Below are positions 50,501 through 64,000 of a stretch of DNA of 64,000 nt, piece after piece. The translations under genes were made by a program, and so were the position numbers. The notes below the pieces were generated by a model. It saw only the letters and a program-made list of their open reading frames with translations, was not told the origin of the DNA and searched no databases. Numbering within the stretch: the stretch's first letter is position 1; every line of letters begins with the position of its first letter. The stretch comes from Raillietiella orientalis (Eukaryota): positions 930,001 to 994,000 of the forward strand of contig JAYWIR010000006.1 in the NCBI GenBank assembly GCA_036172245.1, in the 5' to 3' direction.

Positions 50501-53500
50501 TATCGCTTCCGGTCACACGGGAGACCTTCGACCGTCCTTGTGACCAAGGACGATGTTTTGACTTCCGTCTCTCTTTTTTGGTCTTGTCTCTTTCTTTCTT
50601 TCTTTTTCGCTCCATTTCTACTTGGTTTTTGAGTCTCCCTTGGTTGTAGTTCAAGAGAAAGAAAGTAGGGCATTCCAACGCCTGCATAGGCTTACTAGAA
50701 ATGTATCGAGAACACGTGGGCCATGTATCGAGTCTACCGAAATCTGAGCAAGTGCCACTCTAACTGCACTTCATTTGTTCATACTCTTCGTTTTTCCTAT
50801 AATTTCACACATAATATGTACACTTCATTTTTTTCATAATGTCCCGTTAACCATTTGCTGATTGTGTAATTAATAATAAAGTAGGGTAGCAATCACCTTA
50901 ATCATTTCCTCCTCAATCTCTCTTCTCATTTATCTTTAAAATGCTTTAAAGGGGACACGTTACAGAGCTTCGTCCTGATCACCATCTGGAGTTACCTCCT
51001 TAGCAATCTGAGACTGCATAGTTTAAGAGGGAATCAGGAACCTGTGCTTTCCTTTAACAGCCGGCCGAGAACCCGGGAAGCCAATTCAAAGCAGGGATTC
51101 TTCCTCAACACCATGAGATATAGAACAGAGGGTCTCCAGGGTGCGTGATGCACGAATACTCCAAAACGTTTTGGAAGGCACCCTGCCTTGCCTTCATAGA
51201 CCTCATTGGCATTGAAAATATTACCAAGAAGTCTCTCTTGGGCGACCTTGGGGTTCTGGAGCCTGAACTCTTCTTATGATCTCTCCGTTGGGTGCTGCAA
51301 CGCCAGCCGTTTTTTGTTTTTGTTTTTTTTTTTCATTTCAACTAAGAAATGGCCGAATGAACGAAGGTCACCCAGAAAGGCGGGTGCAAAGTAGACTTTC
51401 CTTGTTGACGAAGTGAAAGCACGACGAGGGGCGTTGCCTGACGGGGCGAAGAGTGGAGCCAGGAAGCGCTTTAGGGTGACAAAGATGACCGAGCGTCCCT
51501 TCAGATGGAAGGTAAAGTGCCCACATTTATCCCCGGAGGAACGCTGAGCATCCCTTCTTACTTTCACCCGCGGGACGAGAATGGATTTTCGGCGGTGAGG
51601 GCAGAGTAGACTCGGCTCCTGTGCGCTTTGGCGGGATTCGCGCGAAGCCGACAATTCGCACCGTGGAAAGGCGGCCGTGACCTTTCCCTTGGCAGGAAGA
51701 GGTAGGTTCCCTCTCCTTGCTGCTGTTCTCCGATTATGAGACGTTGGATCAAGCTGGAATTTTAGACGAAGAATCAGGGAACGAGGGGACCCTCGCTGGC
51801 TGTTTGTAACTGAGAAGTTCCGGGAGGGAGTCGTCGAGTCCGGAATGCTGCTGAAGCAGTGTGGGTTCTCCTGCAGCTTTGTGAACCCCCCCTCCCTCCC
51901 TCCTCCCGCTGCGTCCGGACGCCTCTTCCAGGCAAAGAGCGGAAATTCGTCTGGGAACTCGAGAGCCATCCCCGGCCAGATGGACGGAGAGCGAGGCAGC
52001 AAAACGTGAAGCAGCACCCCCTCCCCCTCCCCCGGAAGCCGGTCCTCACCAACTTTGATCCCTCCCTCTCCCCTTACCCCTTCTTATCCCGGTGACACCT
52101 CCCCATCCGCTCCCTTGGAACTACAACTATACAACCCCTCGGAAGGTATCTGGGGAGGCAAAGTGTGCTGCGGTCCCATCACGTCCGCCCGCTACCGCAC
52201 CCGATTTCCTGGGATCCTACAGGATCCCAGGAACCGGCATTCCCTCTCCTCCGCTGCTACTGGACTCGGGACTTGGCTCGCCCTCGAGAGCCAGGTGCTA
52301 CCAGGAGCGCGCGCCACGGACACGGGAGGCTTGAAGCAGGGAACATCGTCAAGAGGAGGGCCAAAACTGCTGCCTCTGGGGCATGATGGAGCGCGCTGAG
52401 CCTCACCCCTCCCCCTGCGAAGCGGGAGGAAAGCATTCGTCCGTGACGGACGCCACGTCATGAGGCTGTGAAGGCGAATGGGACAGGAAAAGCGCCGAGA
52501 AGGTCCAGAGGAAGCACCACGGCAGTCGGTACCATCACTGCTCAGCGCGGCCCCGGTGCCGACGCTTCCGGAGGGGGCAGAGTCCAGAGCGAGGACGGCG
52601 CCACCGACCCTGCAGGCGCAAGACGAACACCCACGAATCGCATTACGGGTTCGCTTGACAGAACTGCTCCCTTGCTCCGGAGGGGCTCCGTCCGTCCCCT
52701 CAGGAGGATGGACAAGAGGTGGAGGGGGGAGAAGAAGCGAGGAGCATTATGCAGCTCCTCAAGCTTGCTGCATGGGAAATCGAGTCAGTAATCCTCCCTC
52801 CTCTCACTCTCACCCCCCCCCCTGCGGTGAGTAGCACAACGGAGAAGGGGCGCAGAGAGTCTCCACGGAGAAGCCACAACGCCCCCGCGCGGAGCGGTCG
52901 CCAAAGCACCAATCGGGAACGAATCGTGCAAATCCCTCCGGGAAAAACGGGAAAAACGAATGGTCTGGAGAACGGGAGGTGTGGGGGCGAGCAAATTCAC
53001 CTCCTTCCCGGAAAGGAATCTCGCAGAACAAGCGAGTGAGTGGCCGGAGCGCCTGTCTCCACACAGGGGATCGGGAGGGGGAAGGGGTTGCGTGGTGTCG
53101 AGGCAGCCAGGAAGTGTGCGACGCGACGGCAAGCAAAGATAGGGTCGGGGACAGTTGGCGTCCTCCCAAACGAGTTCTCAGGAGTTGCCTCGAGGGTCCA
53201 GGGAGCGGTTTTTCGCCAGTGCTTCCTCCCCTCCTCATGTCTTATCACGCGGGGGCACTCAGAAACGTCTTCCTCCTCCTCCTCCCCGAGCTCCCGCCCC
53301 CTCCCTCAACCGCCCTTCCTTCACGGCACTGCAGTGTACCCAGGAGCACACGCCGTCTAAGCGGGCGCATAGGCAGATGGGGCTACGGAGGGAGAAGTTT
53401 CTTCGAACCTATCCCGCCTCTTCACTCCTTTCCCAGGAGGGGGAAGGAGGAGCATCCGGGATGTGCCATGAGCAACGCAAATGGCGGGAGAGCGCACGGT

Positions 53501-54916
53501 GGATGCTGCTCTCGCGATCCCACGGGCTGAGCACCAAGACGACTCCCTCAATAGCAAAACGGGACAGGGAGGGTCCGTCCTTCGTTTGGGGAGATTCCGG
53601 GACAAGCGCCGCGGAAGGGTGCAGCGGAAAGAGGAAAGCGAGGCCACCAGGAGGGGAAGTTGGGATGCGCGTGTGGATCGACAGGAAGAGCAGGGGTAGG
53701 AGGAGGATCGAACCATCCAGAGAGATGGGAAGAGGATGACCGTGGCTTCCCGAGGAAATGTGGGACGTTATGGAAGCACATGGCGTCGAGGGTTCCTCGG
53801 GAAGAGGATAGGAAGAAAGCGGATGCTCCAGAAGGAAGGCATCACAAGGGGATCCAGCCATACAGAGGGAGGGAGCAATGAGGAGATCGAGACTGAGGTG
53901 GCAAAGTTTCTTAATGCGCTGAAAGCGTTCCCCCTTTTGAATCAGGGAATACCAATTTCGTGGTATCCGCCTCCCTCAGATCGGGAAAGGCAACACTTCT
54001 GAAAAGCTCGTAAGCACATCTCAGACAGATAGATTTATATGACCAAGTTCACCATCTGAACCCAACTCTTCTAGATGAGGCCACAGAAATCAAGATCAAA
54101 CCTTCAAACACAGCCATCCCCTTATAAGCACAGAGAGGCAAGTACTTCATTTAAAATGACTTTGAAATCTGCGATGTTCCTTGAATACTCTGTTCATCCC
54201 CTCTGCAAAATTAGTGAGACCTCAGAAAAGGTAAGCAAAACATGTGGGCGTTCCGAATGTAGATACCGATGACAACCGCATGTAGTCATGATACTGCATA
54301 TTCCATTGGCATTCAACGGCAATGTTGGTTCACTGCTGTTAGTTGGTGAACACAACTTTCTGGGTACATGCTGTTTCACTTTCTGGGATTCTCTGCACTT
54401 TTTAAGTGCTGCAATGCAGAAGCTATTCTGCATAAAAAAAAATTGCTCTCATAAGTGACCTGTTAACCTCTGAATGAAATTTACATGAAAGAAATTGGGG
54501 GTGGCATTGGTTACATTTTGTTGGAATCCCAAGAGCACCACACACATCATTTCAATGGTTTAGTGATTGATACAAAGCAAACCTTTTTTTTTGTTCAGTT
54601 TCAATCCTTTACTGAGCACTGAAAACTTGCAACAAAAATGGCCTCATTTATCAGGAATTCAGGCAAGAATAGCTTTTCACAAGAACTGATTTAACAAACA
54701 TGACTCTGAAAAATGAAGAGCTCAAATGAGATTCACCAACTTGTATTTCTTTCTTGTATTTCTTCTTTATATGACATACAGAAGAACTCACTGTTATGTA
54801 CCAACATCTTGAAATACAAACATATGAAACAGATGAAATATGTATTTCAACATTCCAAGTGCTGGGCACTATCATTATTCAAATCCTGGCTCTCGTTCCT
54901 GTCTTTCATTTCATAT

Positions 54917-55852
54917 TCAACTACAATAGAATTCTTGTAGCTTCTCATTGCAAGGTCTCAAAACCAACTTGTCCTTCAGATTGACAAACCAACCTGGCTC
55001 CAAACCAAAAAAAACTTGACGAGGATCTTTACGTATCTTCAGCAAATGATCATCAGGAAGATTTTCCAATTTAGGGAGCACATAACCATACTTCTGGGCC
55101 AAAATCACACGTTGCTCAGCCACTTGATCAGGATCAGCCAGGTATCCACGAAAACACGGATCTGTATAGTATTCAACAAGATCAGTGGGTGGTAATTTAC
55201 GCTTGGGAATGGGTATTCCACGATTAAAGAAATGTCGGATGTCTTTCATAGCAAACAGACTATCACTATCATAATATGCTGTCGTCACAGTTCCACCTTG
55301 ACTTTCTATAGCAGCAATAATGGGTTCAGTGAGCCATTGTACTTCTAAATTAATCACTGCTTGGAAACAATCCAATCCTTCAGGTGTGATTTGAAATCCA
55401 AATTCTCGAATCTGAGGATTGATCCGAAAAATACCAGTATTACACAAAGTCACCAAATCAACAGGCTGCGAACAATCAATACGTCCTGTGTCAATGAGCA
55501 ATTGTAACTGCCTCAGGCTGATAGGAGGATACTGACGCTTAAGATGCTGACCCTGGTGCACAATAAATTCTCAGTGATTATTAAATTACACTACCTTATA
55601 ATATGGTTCACACGGTATCTTCATATATTGGGGTAACTTACCCAATTCATAACCAATTGGATGGAAACGTTGTCTAGCAAGAGGGCCTTTGTTTTCATAA
55701 CTAAGAGGTCTATCTGCATGATGAGCTGATCTGGGTCGTGGTTTTTTATAATTTGGTACTTTCAATTTAAACTGATTCTCCAACGATACGCGTGGCAAGC
55801 CTTTTAATAAGCTGTACGCCTTCTCTATTCCGGACAGCTTGGACGATGCCAT
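54917..55852 (-). CDS. MRPL15: Mitochondrial large-subunit ribosomal protein uL15m; exons 55852-55595 and 55552-54917, 297 aa
   Basis: LPRVSL, GYELG..P, HLKRQYPPISLRQLQLLIDTGRID, GGTVTTAYYD, PIPKRKLPP..YYTDP..RGYLADP, RKDPRQVFFGLEPGW. A 42-nt GT-AG intron joins the two ORFs in frame. Confidence 0.96.
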
Positions 55853-58415
55853 GTTATAACTATAAATAATTCGTCTATGGGCGAAAAAAATCTTTCATGC
55901 ACTTGGAAAGTGTGGCTACGTAAACAGCTAGTCTCCCATGCTGGACCATTCGCAAGGCTTATGATACAAAAATCTAATGCACTAATACTTGTATATCGGC
56001 TTGTACAGGATCACCTAGAAACCGAATCACCTTTAGTTTAATTGAAAGTACCTTTCTGTACCTATGCACGGTAACTATATGTGATCAACACAACATATAC
56101 TACATTAAACTACAGATACTGTTCATTGTGAATAAGATGCAGTCATCTACTTTTGAAATTATTGTTAGAACGTTATTGGTAGAATCATAACTAATCTTAC
56201 AGCACAAAAATATCAGTGCCTATAGAGATTCATGGTGCATCTGAAATTCCGTTCGGAAACGGTTACCAAGTTTCTTGAAACATAACCTGATCAGCTGGAA
56301 ACTTCGAACTGTAGAAATCGAACTTATACATGAAAAAAAAGCAGTAACTGAAAACAGATAATAAATCAAAGCAAGAACCTTTATCTTTTTTTATTTTTTT
56401 GTTTTACTTGTGTTATTACTTTTCCATGAAACATTGCACGGGATATAGTGAGTCAATGGAGCCGCTACTTAATAGTGAAATTAATACTTTAAGAGAAAAG
56501 TATCTTCAAGAATACATTCTTTAACCCAATACATAACTCGGAAACAAGTTAATTTTCTCGCATTCCTTTAAATTTAGAATGCTTAAATTATGCAAATCTC
56601 GAATGCTTGAATTAAGTAATGTCCCATCGTAGCGAAAGAGATTCTCACAGTGCATCTTCTTCGTAATCGAATCATTGTCTGAAAGCAATCAGTGATAAAC
56701 TAACCTTAATCTGGTTTCACGCTAAATGAAACTTATCTGAATTTAGGATATAATAGAAATACCATAGGAGATAAATTTTAAAAACTTTAGTTGGATGCAA
56801 CTGATTCTACAAACATAAAAATATCTACAAAAGTCAAGATTAATCCTAATAAGCAACAATTTTTTTTTATTAATCGGATCTTTTTCATCTAATATGGAGG
56901 CACATGTTTTTTATTCCGGGCTGAAAATTACTAACAAAGTAGAGTGATCAGTCATCAATTTGATACAAGTGCTTCTCAACAAAGCACTTCATGTGAGTTC
57001 AGATTATTGAATTGAATTGAATCAATTGTATTGAATTTCCTTCAGAGCTTAGAAATAATATACTTCGGAATTTTGACATCTCCATTTACTGCAAAAGAAA
57101 ATTCACTGCATCTTAAAATCTCCATGACATATTTGTTTGAATGCCCATAACCTTTTTTTATATAAATCTCCACTTTAAAATTGAAATGAAATCCGTATTC
57201 GCTTCATCCTTTCATTTTGTAGGAAATGCAGATCAGGATCGGTAATCAGAACGAAGAATGTATAAGTGAGATATATAATGTAGCAAGGGACTCGTGTGAG
57301 TGTAACATTTAAACTTGGAAATTTCAAAATTCAATAATGTATATTTGAAAAAAAAATTTTTTTTCATTACAAATATTGCTATTACAAGGACTGATAATTT
57401 GCCTTTTATTCTATGCCATTTTATGCATTCTCTGAAAAAATGTACGAAACGAAATTGGTAAACGAAATGAAATGAACGAAATTGGTAATGTACGAAACAA
57501 TAGTCCCATCTGGATTTAATAAAAGACTATCCCTACAAAATAAGATTTCATTAAATTGGCGAATAGTTCGCTTTCCGATTTGGTGTTTTAACATTTAGTA
57601 GTTTCGTAAATTGTTCTTTCTTTGAAAGTTCGTTCAGAAGAGTGCCCAGCATTTTAAATTATTAATTGTTTTCAAGAATGGTTAGTAATAACAGCACTAG
57701 TCTTCAAAAAAGCTGTAATCAAATGGAGGGAAATCTGTACCGACAGAAGGCAACAGATGTTTGGATATGGAACAATGTCTCCCTGACAACAGTCGACCCA
57801 AGAGACGTCATCTTTAGCTAATTTGATTTTTTAAACTGGAAGCATCTCCATGCAGGATACAAGTACAGAGATCTGTTTATTTAAACGAGAGTTTCGTTTT
57901 TTAATATGTTGAAAAAAATTGCGAAGAACAATCGAAGTGATGCTTCTGCAATTTTTGAAGTTTTGGTGTCTGCATCTGAAAATTATCAAATGGAAGTAAA
58001 AAAAAGAAATGGAATGAAAAAAACACGTCGAAAGTAATGAAACAGCATAACCTACAATAATAATGAAAGAAAGAAGTGAAACGAAATTAGAAAGGAAGAA
58101 CATCTGATCATTATAGCTTATACCATTAGACTGAGTTCGATTGGAAAATATTAATAATGCGATTTTGATGTTCCCAGCCTCTGATTATCAAAAACAAGGA
58201 AACCATTTCTCCAACTACATTTTCAAAGTGGGCACTAGCAAATTTCGTGACTTCCACAAAAACCCTTTTGCCATGTTCGTTATACATATATGTGTATATC
58301 ATATTTGCTTGAATTTTCAAATTCAGAGGAAAGCAGGAGTCTATGGAGCAAACAAAAGTTCGGATTATTAAAAATGAGTTCGTTGCTTTTTCATTTCATT
58401 GGTACACCTTACTTA

Positions 58416-59508
58416 CCTATCCCTCCATTTACGCGGATTGTCCACTTGGATTTTCTGTACGCGGGTGAAAACCGTGTAAACCGAGTCTGCTGGTATGAAA
58501 AAAAATACTAAGGAAAGCCGGTATAAGTTATGAAAATATTTATTTCTTATAGGTAAAGAAACAAACAAAAAATAATGATGATATTTCAGAAAACTAGGCT
58601 AAGTTTTATTCAGTGTCAGAATCTGGACTATAATTCAGTTTTTCTTCATTTGCGTTATTAATGTTCATGTTTCTGGATGAATTTTTCAACAACTCATCTT
58701 TTGCTAAGTCGTCGTAAATTGTCTGATACTTTCCGCAGCATTTTTTTAAAATCCTGTTGAAATTTTAAGGCTCGTTGAACTTTTGGAAGCACTTTCCAAT
58801 TTTGTGACCAGTTGAAGAGCTTTCGAAATATTTTCTGCAATGAATGAAACTGGTTCGTCGGCTGCAGCTTCATCAGCAGATTCAGGCTCGCCTTTGAATT
58901 TAGGGTTGCGTAATGAATATCTTTTTTTAAATTTCTCAAACCAACCTTTACTGCCAGAAAAAAAAAAACTCAAATTCCCTTTTATCACATGCTAAGGCTT
59001 GCTTTCTTAAACTGTTACAAATATTCACAGCTTTTTGTCGTATCATATAACTGCTCATAGGTATTTTCTTCTGAGTGTCGTCTTCGATCCAGATCATCCA
59101 TGCCTTCTCCATATTTTCTATTAAAGGGTTTTTCTTGTACAAGAGCACCTTGAGCTTGCTGGAGATAGAGAGGACACACTGCTTCCCATACTCTCCTTCC
59201 TTTTTTCTCCTTGTCCGGACAGTGGATTCGTCTATTCCATATGACTTAGCTACTGAAGGCGTTTTTCTTCAAGTCGATTTAAAATGTCTACTTTCATATC
59301 TAAATACATTGATTTTCCCTTCCTCCGCATTAGTGAACATTCGTTAAACATTTATGGGTTGAAAGTTGTAATAATAATAAATATAAGCAGCTCGGCGGAA
59401 AGCTAGTTACTCTTTGTGTGTTGGGTTATCAATCCCTTTTCGAAAAACAAGGCGACCGTTGTCAGCGGCCGCGTGTAAAAGGTTCCGCGCAAATTGGAGG
59501 CATGGATG
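58416..59508 (-). mobile_element. Internally deleted Tigger/pogo DNA transposon (TIGD1-like, DNA-binding part only)
   Basis: Psq/CENP-B HTH remnants DESTVR, MEKAWMIWIEDDTQKKIPMS..IRQKA, SKGWFEKFKKRY, GEPESADEAAA, with frameshifts. Imperfect TIRs CCTATCCCTCCATTTACGCGGA and TCCGCGCAAATTGGAGGCATGGATG flanked by TA. Confidence 0.8.
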
Positions 59509-60027
59509 TATACATCGATTTACATGGACTTTACTTTTTCATGCACAAAATTCATCTGTAAATGGTGAAGGGAAATTTGACGCAATTCTACTTTTGCGAA
59601 GCAAAACACGTCAGTTTGGCTATTTTCAGGACCTTATTTAGAAAGTCATTGGCCTTGGACGCTCGGGGTTTTTCTGCTTGCAATACGAAACATGGTATCG
59701 GAAAAGCTTGAAAATAATGTCCCAAAGCACCCAAGTTTTGGAGCATTTTATGCTCATCGTATGCAAGGCACTTCGAGGATATTTCAAGCCAATCAAGCTT
59801 TAATTTGAAAGTGTCACTTGTACGTAATTCAACGCGAGGAAGCATTCACTAATTCCCAATACTGTTCGAAATGTTCATCGCTTTCCACTTTTGCAGTCAT
59901 CGTGATAGCTCATTGGGTGTCCTGCATAGACCTGTACAGAAACTGCTTCTGCCGAGGTTAAAGCATTGGAAAAATGTTGCAGAACCCCGGGTCGGAGTTC
60001 AACACACCGATTGACTAGACATCTGAG

Positions 60028-62781
60028 CTAAGTTTGTATTTGCTGTTTATCATCTGATGCTTTCGTTAGATCATGCACTCTCGAAGATGGGACATCAAAC
60101 AAAACTTTTCTGGACAACCGCATGGCCCCAGTAGCTGGATCTCTCCCAAAATACTTAACTTTAATTTGTTTTCCAACTTGAAGGCCAAGAGCACTCGGAT
60201 GATTTATCTATCTCATAATAAAATAAAGCACTTATTTCACTAAAACTTACCCTACGCTGATCCAATTGTGAGTTATGTAAGAGAGCAGGTGTCATACCAG
60301 GATACAAAGTTACCATAACACCGATATCTCTGACTTCTACAATGGATGCCTGATAAATGGCTCCAAAGTCCAATTTGGGTTCTGCTTCATTAGATACGAT
60401 ATCCTCAATCATTTCTTGTGCTTCTTGCAGTGCAACATTACTGGGAGCAAACACAAATAAGGAGTCTTCATTTTTAAGCACTTGGACTCCTGTCTCAACA
60501 TATATCTTTTTTAAATGCCGACCACCCAATCCAAAAAGGCGACCATGTTGATGCACCGGTAATGGCAATGGTTGATAAATGGGCCAATTATCCTTCTTTT
60601 CAGCCCTGACCACAAGCAGTTACATATCAAATGCTTTATCAACTAACCTAGGTTTGGAAATAACTGCTTGCATTATATTAATTAATTGTGCTTTTGCATT
60701 CCATCCTTGTTGGAGACTCTCCATGAAGACCTTCAGGGGAAGCCCAGGTATTTTCAAATCTAACTGCAGTGCAGTAAGTCCTTTACGAGTGCCTGCAATT
60801 TTCATATCCATATGTCCCATATGGTCCTCCAATCCATTAATATCTGTCAAGATACAGTACTCATTTATATCTTCACTTGTTTCCTCAGTAGGACGACTAA
60901 TAAGTCCTACTGCTACCCCAGCTACTGAGTCTTTTACTGATACTCCAGCATCCATAAGTGCTAGACTTCCTGCACAGACCGATGCCATTGAGGAGGATCC
61001 ATTAGACTCTAGTACTTCAGCTGTAAGCCGAATAGTGAAAGGAAAATCAGAAGGGATAACAGGACGCAGTGCTTTCTCTGCTAGAGCTCCATGGCCCAAT
61101 TCCCTTCTCTTGAGACTTCGTGCACTCCCAACAGTGTTAGTGGCATAACTAGGGAAATCATAGTGTAGCATGAAGTTCTTCTCTTTTAAACCCCTAACAA
61201 AGAAATTAATATACTATATGTGATTCTAAATGTACTAACCCTGTGAGAACGGATACAGGATCAGTCTTAAGTGCAGACTCTGGGGAATCAAATGCTACTG
61301 TGCACAAGACTTGAGTCTGCCCACGCTGAAACAATGCTGATCCATGCAGAGGTTCATATAAATCCACCTCAGCAAACACAGGACGAAGAGATTGACAATC
61401 CCGCCCATCAGTTCTCAAATTTCTTTCAAAAATGAGCCTTGAGTGCACTTCTCGCTCAATTTTGTTGAAAGCAGCAGAAAATGTTGCAGGTGCAACCTGC
61501 ATTTCCTTATCAAGTGCTTCTGATGTTTTAATGCCCAATGCCTGTATTGCTGCATCCCTGCTTAGCTTGGTATTGCTGGCATCTGAGAAAATCTCAGTGA
61601 CTTGCGCAGCTGAAAGCTCACGCACAGCATCCAATAATTCTTTAGACACTACAACTGATGGCGTAAACTCTCTCTTGGGTTTACCAAATTGCTTCTGTAA
61701 TTCTTGAATAGCAGTAATGATAGGTCTACATTCTTTGACTGCCAACTTCACAGCTTTCATTACATCATTCTGTTGTACACTATCACCACTAGCTTCCATC
61801 ATCACTAAATTTGAATCAATGAGCATTAATCCATCAACCATCATGCTTTCATTGATTCTCACCTATTCGATTGTGATCAGTAGCTGCTACAAGTAGGTTC
61901 AATGAACTGTAATTTAATTCCCTTCTTGTGGGATTTACTATTAATTCATTATCAAGGCATCCAATTCTAACTGCTGCCACAGGACCATTCCAAGGAATAC
62001 TTGATAAACTGAGAGCCAGAGAAGCTGCATTGATACTAAGAACATCAGGATCAGTAACACCATCCACAGCCAACAAATTGCATGTCACTTGGGTATCACA
62101 ATCATATCCATCACAAAATAGGGGACGCAAAGAACGATCTGTGTTTAAAAGCACATAATCAAGAGTACAATTCCAATAATCAAGAATATATATGAAACAA
62201 TTATAATAAAAATAGTACTGAAACAACTAAATGTTTCCACATGAGAATACTGGATAATGATAATTGTAATGATATGATTTTTTTTTTTTTCACAGATTTC
62301 TACTTGGTCATATTGATATTGATATATGTTAAGTACCAATCATGCGACTTGTAAGAATCTCTTTCTCTGAAGGACCCAGCTCACGACGCAAAAAGTTTGT
62401 AGGAATTCTTCCTGCCGCAGCAGCTTTTTGTCGGTAGTCAACAACCAAAGGTGCCATGCCACTGTTATCCTTAACTCTGGGATCACTTACAGCTGCTGCA
62501 AGTACTGCTGTCTGACCCATCTGAGCAAGAGCACTGCCATCAGCTAGCCTTGCTAATTTACCAACTCCAAACCACAAAGAATGTCTAGAGAAAGAGAGAA
62601 CAATTCCATAAATATGGAAAACAAACAATACTTTATTCACGTGCAATTGGAAATCGGAAAAAGATACATACTTGCCATGGGGTAGCACAACCTCCATGTC
62701 AGTCCTATTTGAAAACGAGCACCGTGTTCCAAAAATAATTCTTCTCGAAACACCAAAAAGCATCAATGGTGAAAATGCCAT
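60028..62781 (-). CDS. PNPT1: Mitochondrial polyribonucleotide nucleotidyltransferase (PNPase); exons 62781-62672, 62584-62337, 62138-61863, 61804-61240, 61193-60648, 60605-60251, 60207-60028; 759 aa
   Basis: Two RNase PH domains ([73 protein letters not shown]), plus KH and S1 (VKYFGRDP). Six GT-AG introns give a continuous 2280-nt ORF. Confidence 0.97.
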
Positions 62782-63284
62782 AATATACGTTTTGGCTCAA
62801 AGACAGTTATAAAAACATCATTCAATTTGTATACAACCACTACAATGTACTGTGATGGCTAATACACCTTGGTTAATTTTTATCACTTGATTTCTGATTA
62901 ACTAAAGTTACTTAAATGTTGTAGAACATAAGGAGCACCTTTCACTAAGAACCATATGGATATTTCTCGTGTAACTTATTTAACTACACAACACGAATAA
63001 TCCTGTAATATCCGAGAATGCTGAAATTGTACTCTAAAATGCTTGCTCCACTTCTGAATAAAGGTGTGCAAAACTTTTGAAACATATTTATAGGATCTTT
63101 CAGTAGTATCGTGGGCATAATACTGCGCAGAATATGCACACTTTTGCGGTCCGGTCATTACTAATAAGGTTCCTGGCAAACGAACTGGGTATGGTCTGCT
63201 TGCTTCATCATGCGAATGTTTTCGAAGCTGTGCAATTCATCCGAATATAGTAATGCCTTTCGAGGAAGTATGATATTTAAAATC

Positions 63285-64000
63285 AGCTGCTACTTGCATT
63301 TTTGAATTCTTCGAATGCATCTACTTCATCTGCAAATAAAGCATAACTCTACAAAAACCTGCTTGCAATCTGTTAGCAAACACAGGCAATCTTGAGCTGC
63401 AATGTGTAACCTTTGGAGAGCGCGAGCACGTGACTCCGGCGACGGAAGAATCGCTGCGCTTCCACTTGGAAAGTTCCGAAGACATTGAAAGCAATAATGC
63501 CACAGAACGGAAAATCAAGATTGAAAGAATTCTTGAGCACAGAGAATAAGTGATCGAAAAAAATCATATTGGAAGGGGAATGGGGGAAAAAAAGGATGCA
63601 AATAAAAAGTGATCCACTAAAAGCCAAACTACGTTTGATACGAAGCGTACCCGGGGACTTTGATTCTCGGAAAGAACTACACATTATGGGAGAATGAAAC
63701 ATCCTGTTTTAAGGAATGCTTCAAAGTGAAGCATCTGTAAAGAGATTAGAATCCAAGTAAAAAATGTGTGTACTCATAGTTCCATTAGAAAGTTAAACGA
63801 ACATTGAAGATTTGAAAGGAATTACCTTGCTTTCTATCAAAGAGATTTACAACTAAGATAACAGTATGAAGATTAAACACGATTGGACACAGAGAATAAG
63901 TGACCTTACCCCATTTACTTTGATATACTTTGCAGAAAATCTAATTTGTGTACTAATTTGCCTTACTTTAAAAGACTAGAGCTTGAAAGAATTCTCATTT
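63285..64000 (-). other. Possible small 3' exons of an upstream minus-strand gene
   Basis: Several minus-strand GTAAG/GTAAT donors (~63825, 63908, 63966) and pyrimidine-rich AG acceptors (~63330, 63736, 63855). No recognisable protein. Confidence 0.2.

Overview
Metazoan nuclear DNA, most likely an arthropod; the NPF sequence is crustacean-like. The window has two compartments. (1) About 1-54 kb is mostly GC- and CpG-rich and gene-poor. It holds one clear gene, a neuropeptide F (NPF/NPY) precursor on the minus strand, and eight copies of a tRNA-headed, poly(A)-tailed SINE-like family with conserved 3' stem-loops. Two of these copies form a near-identical ~1.35-kb inverted pair around ~7.9 kb. 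The region also holds decayed 28S rDNA fragments, a 5'-truncated Utopia/NeSL-type RLE retrotransposon with a nested SINE insertion, a hAT MITE, and several heavily decayed protein-gene remnants (LRR, BTB-BACK, probable NACHT, CUB and RT). (2) About 54-64 kb is AT-rich and compact. It holds intact MRPL15 and PNPT1 genes with very short introns (42-46 nt), separated by an internally deleted Tigger/pogo element. Most long ORFs in the GC-rich part look like by-products of base composition. All alignments and translations were done by eye, and comparisons to known families rest on recalled motifs.
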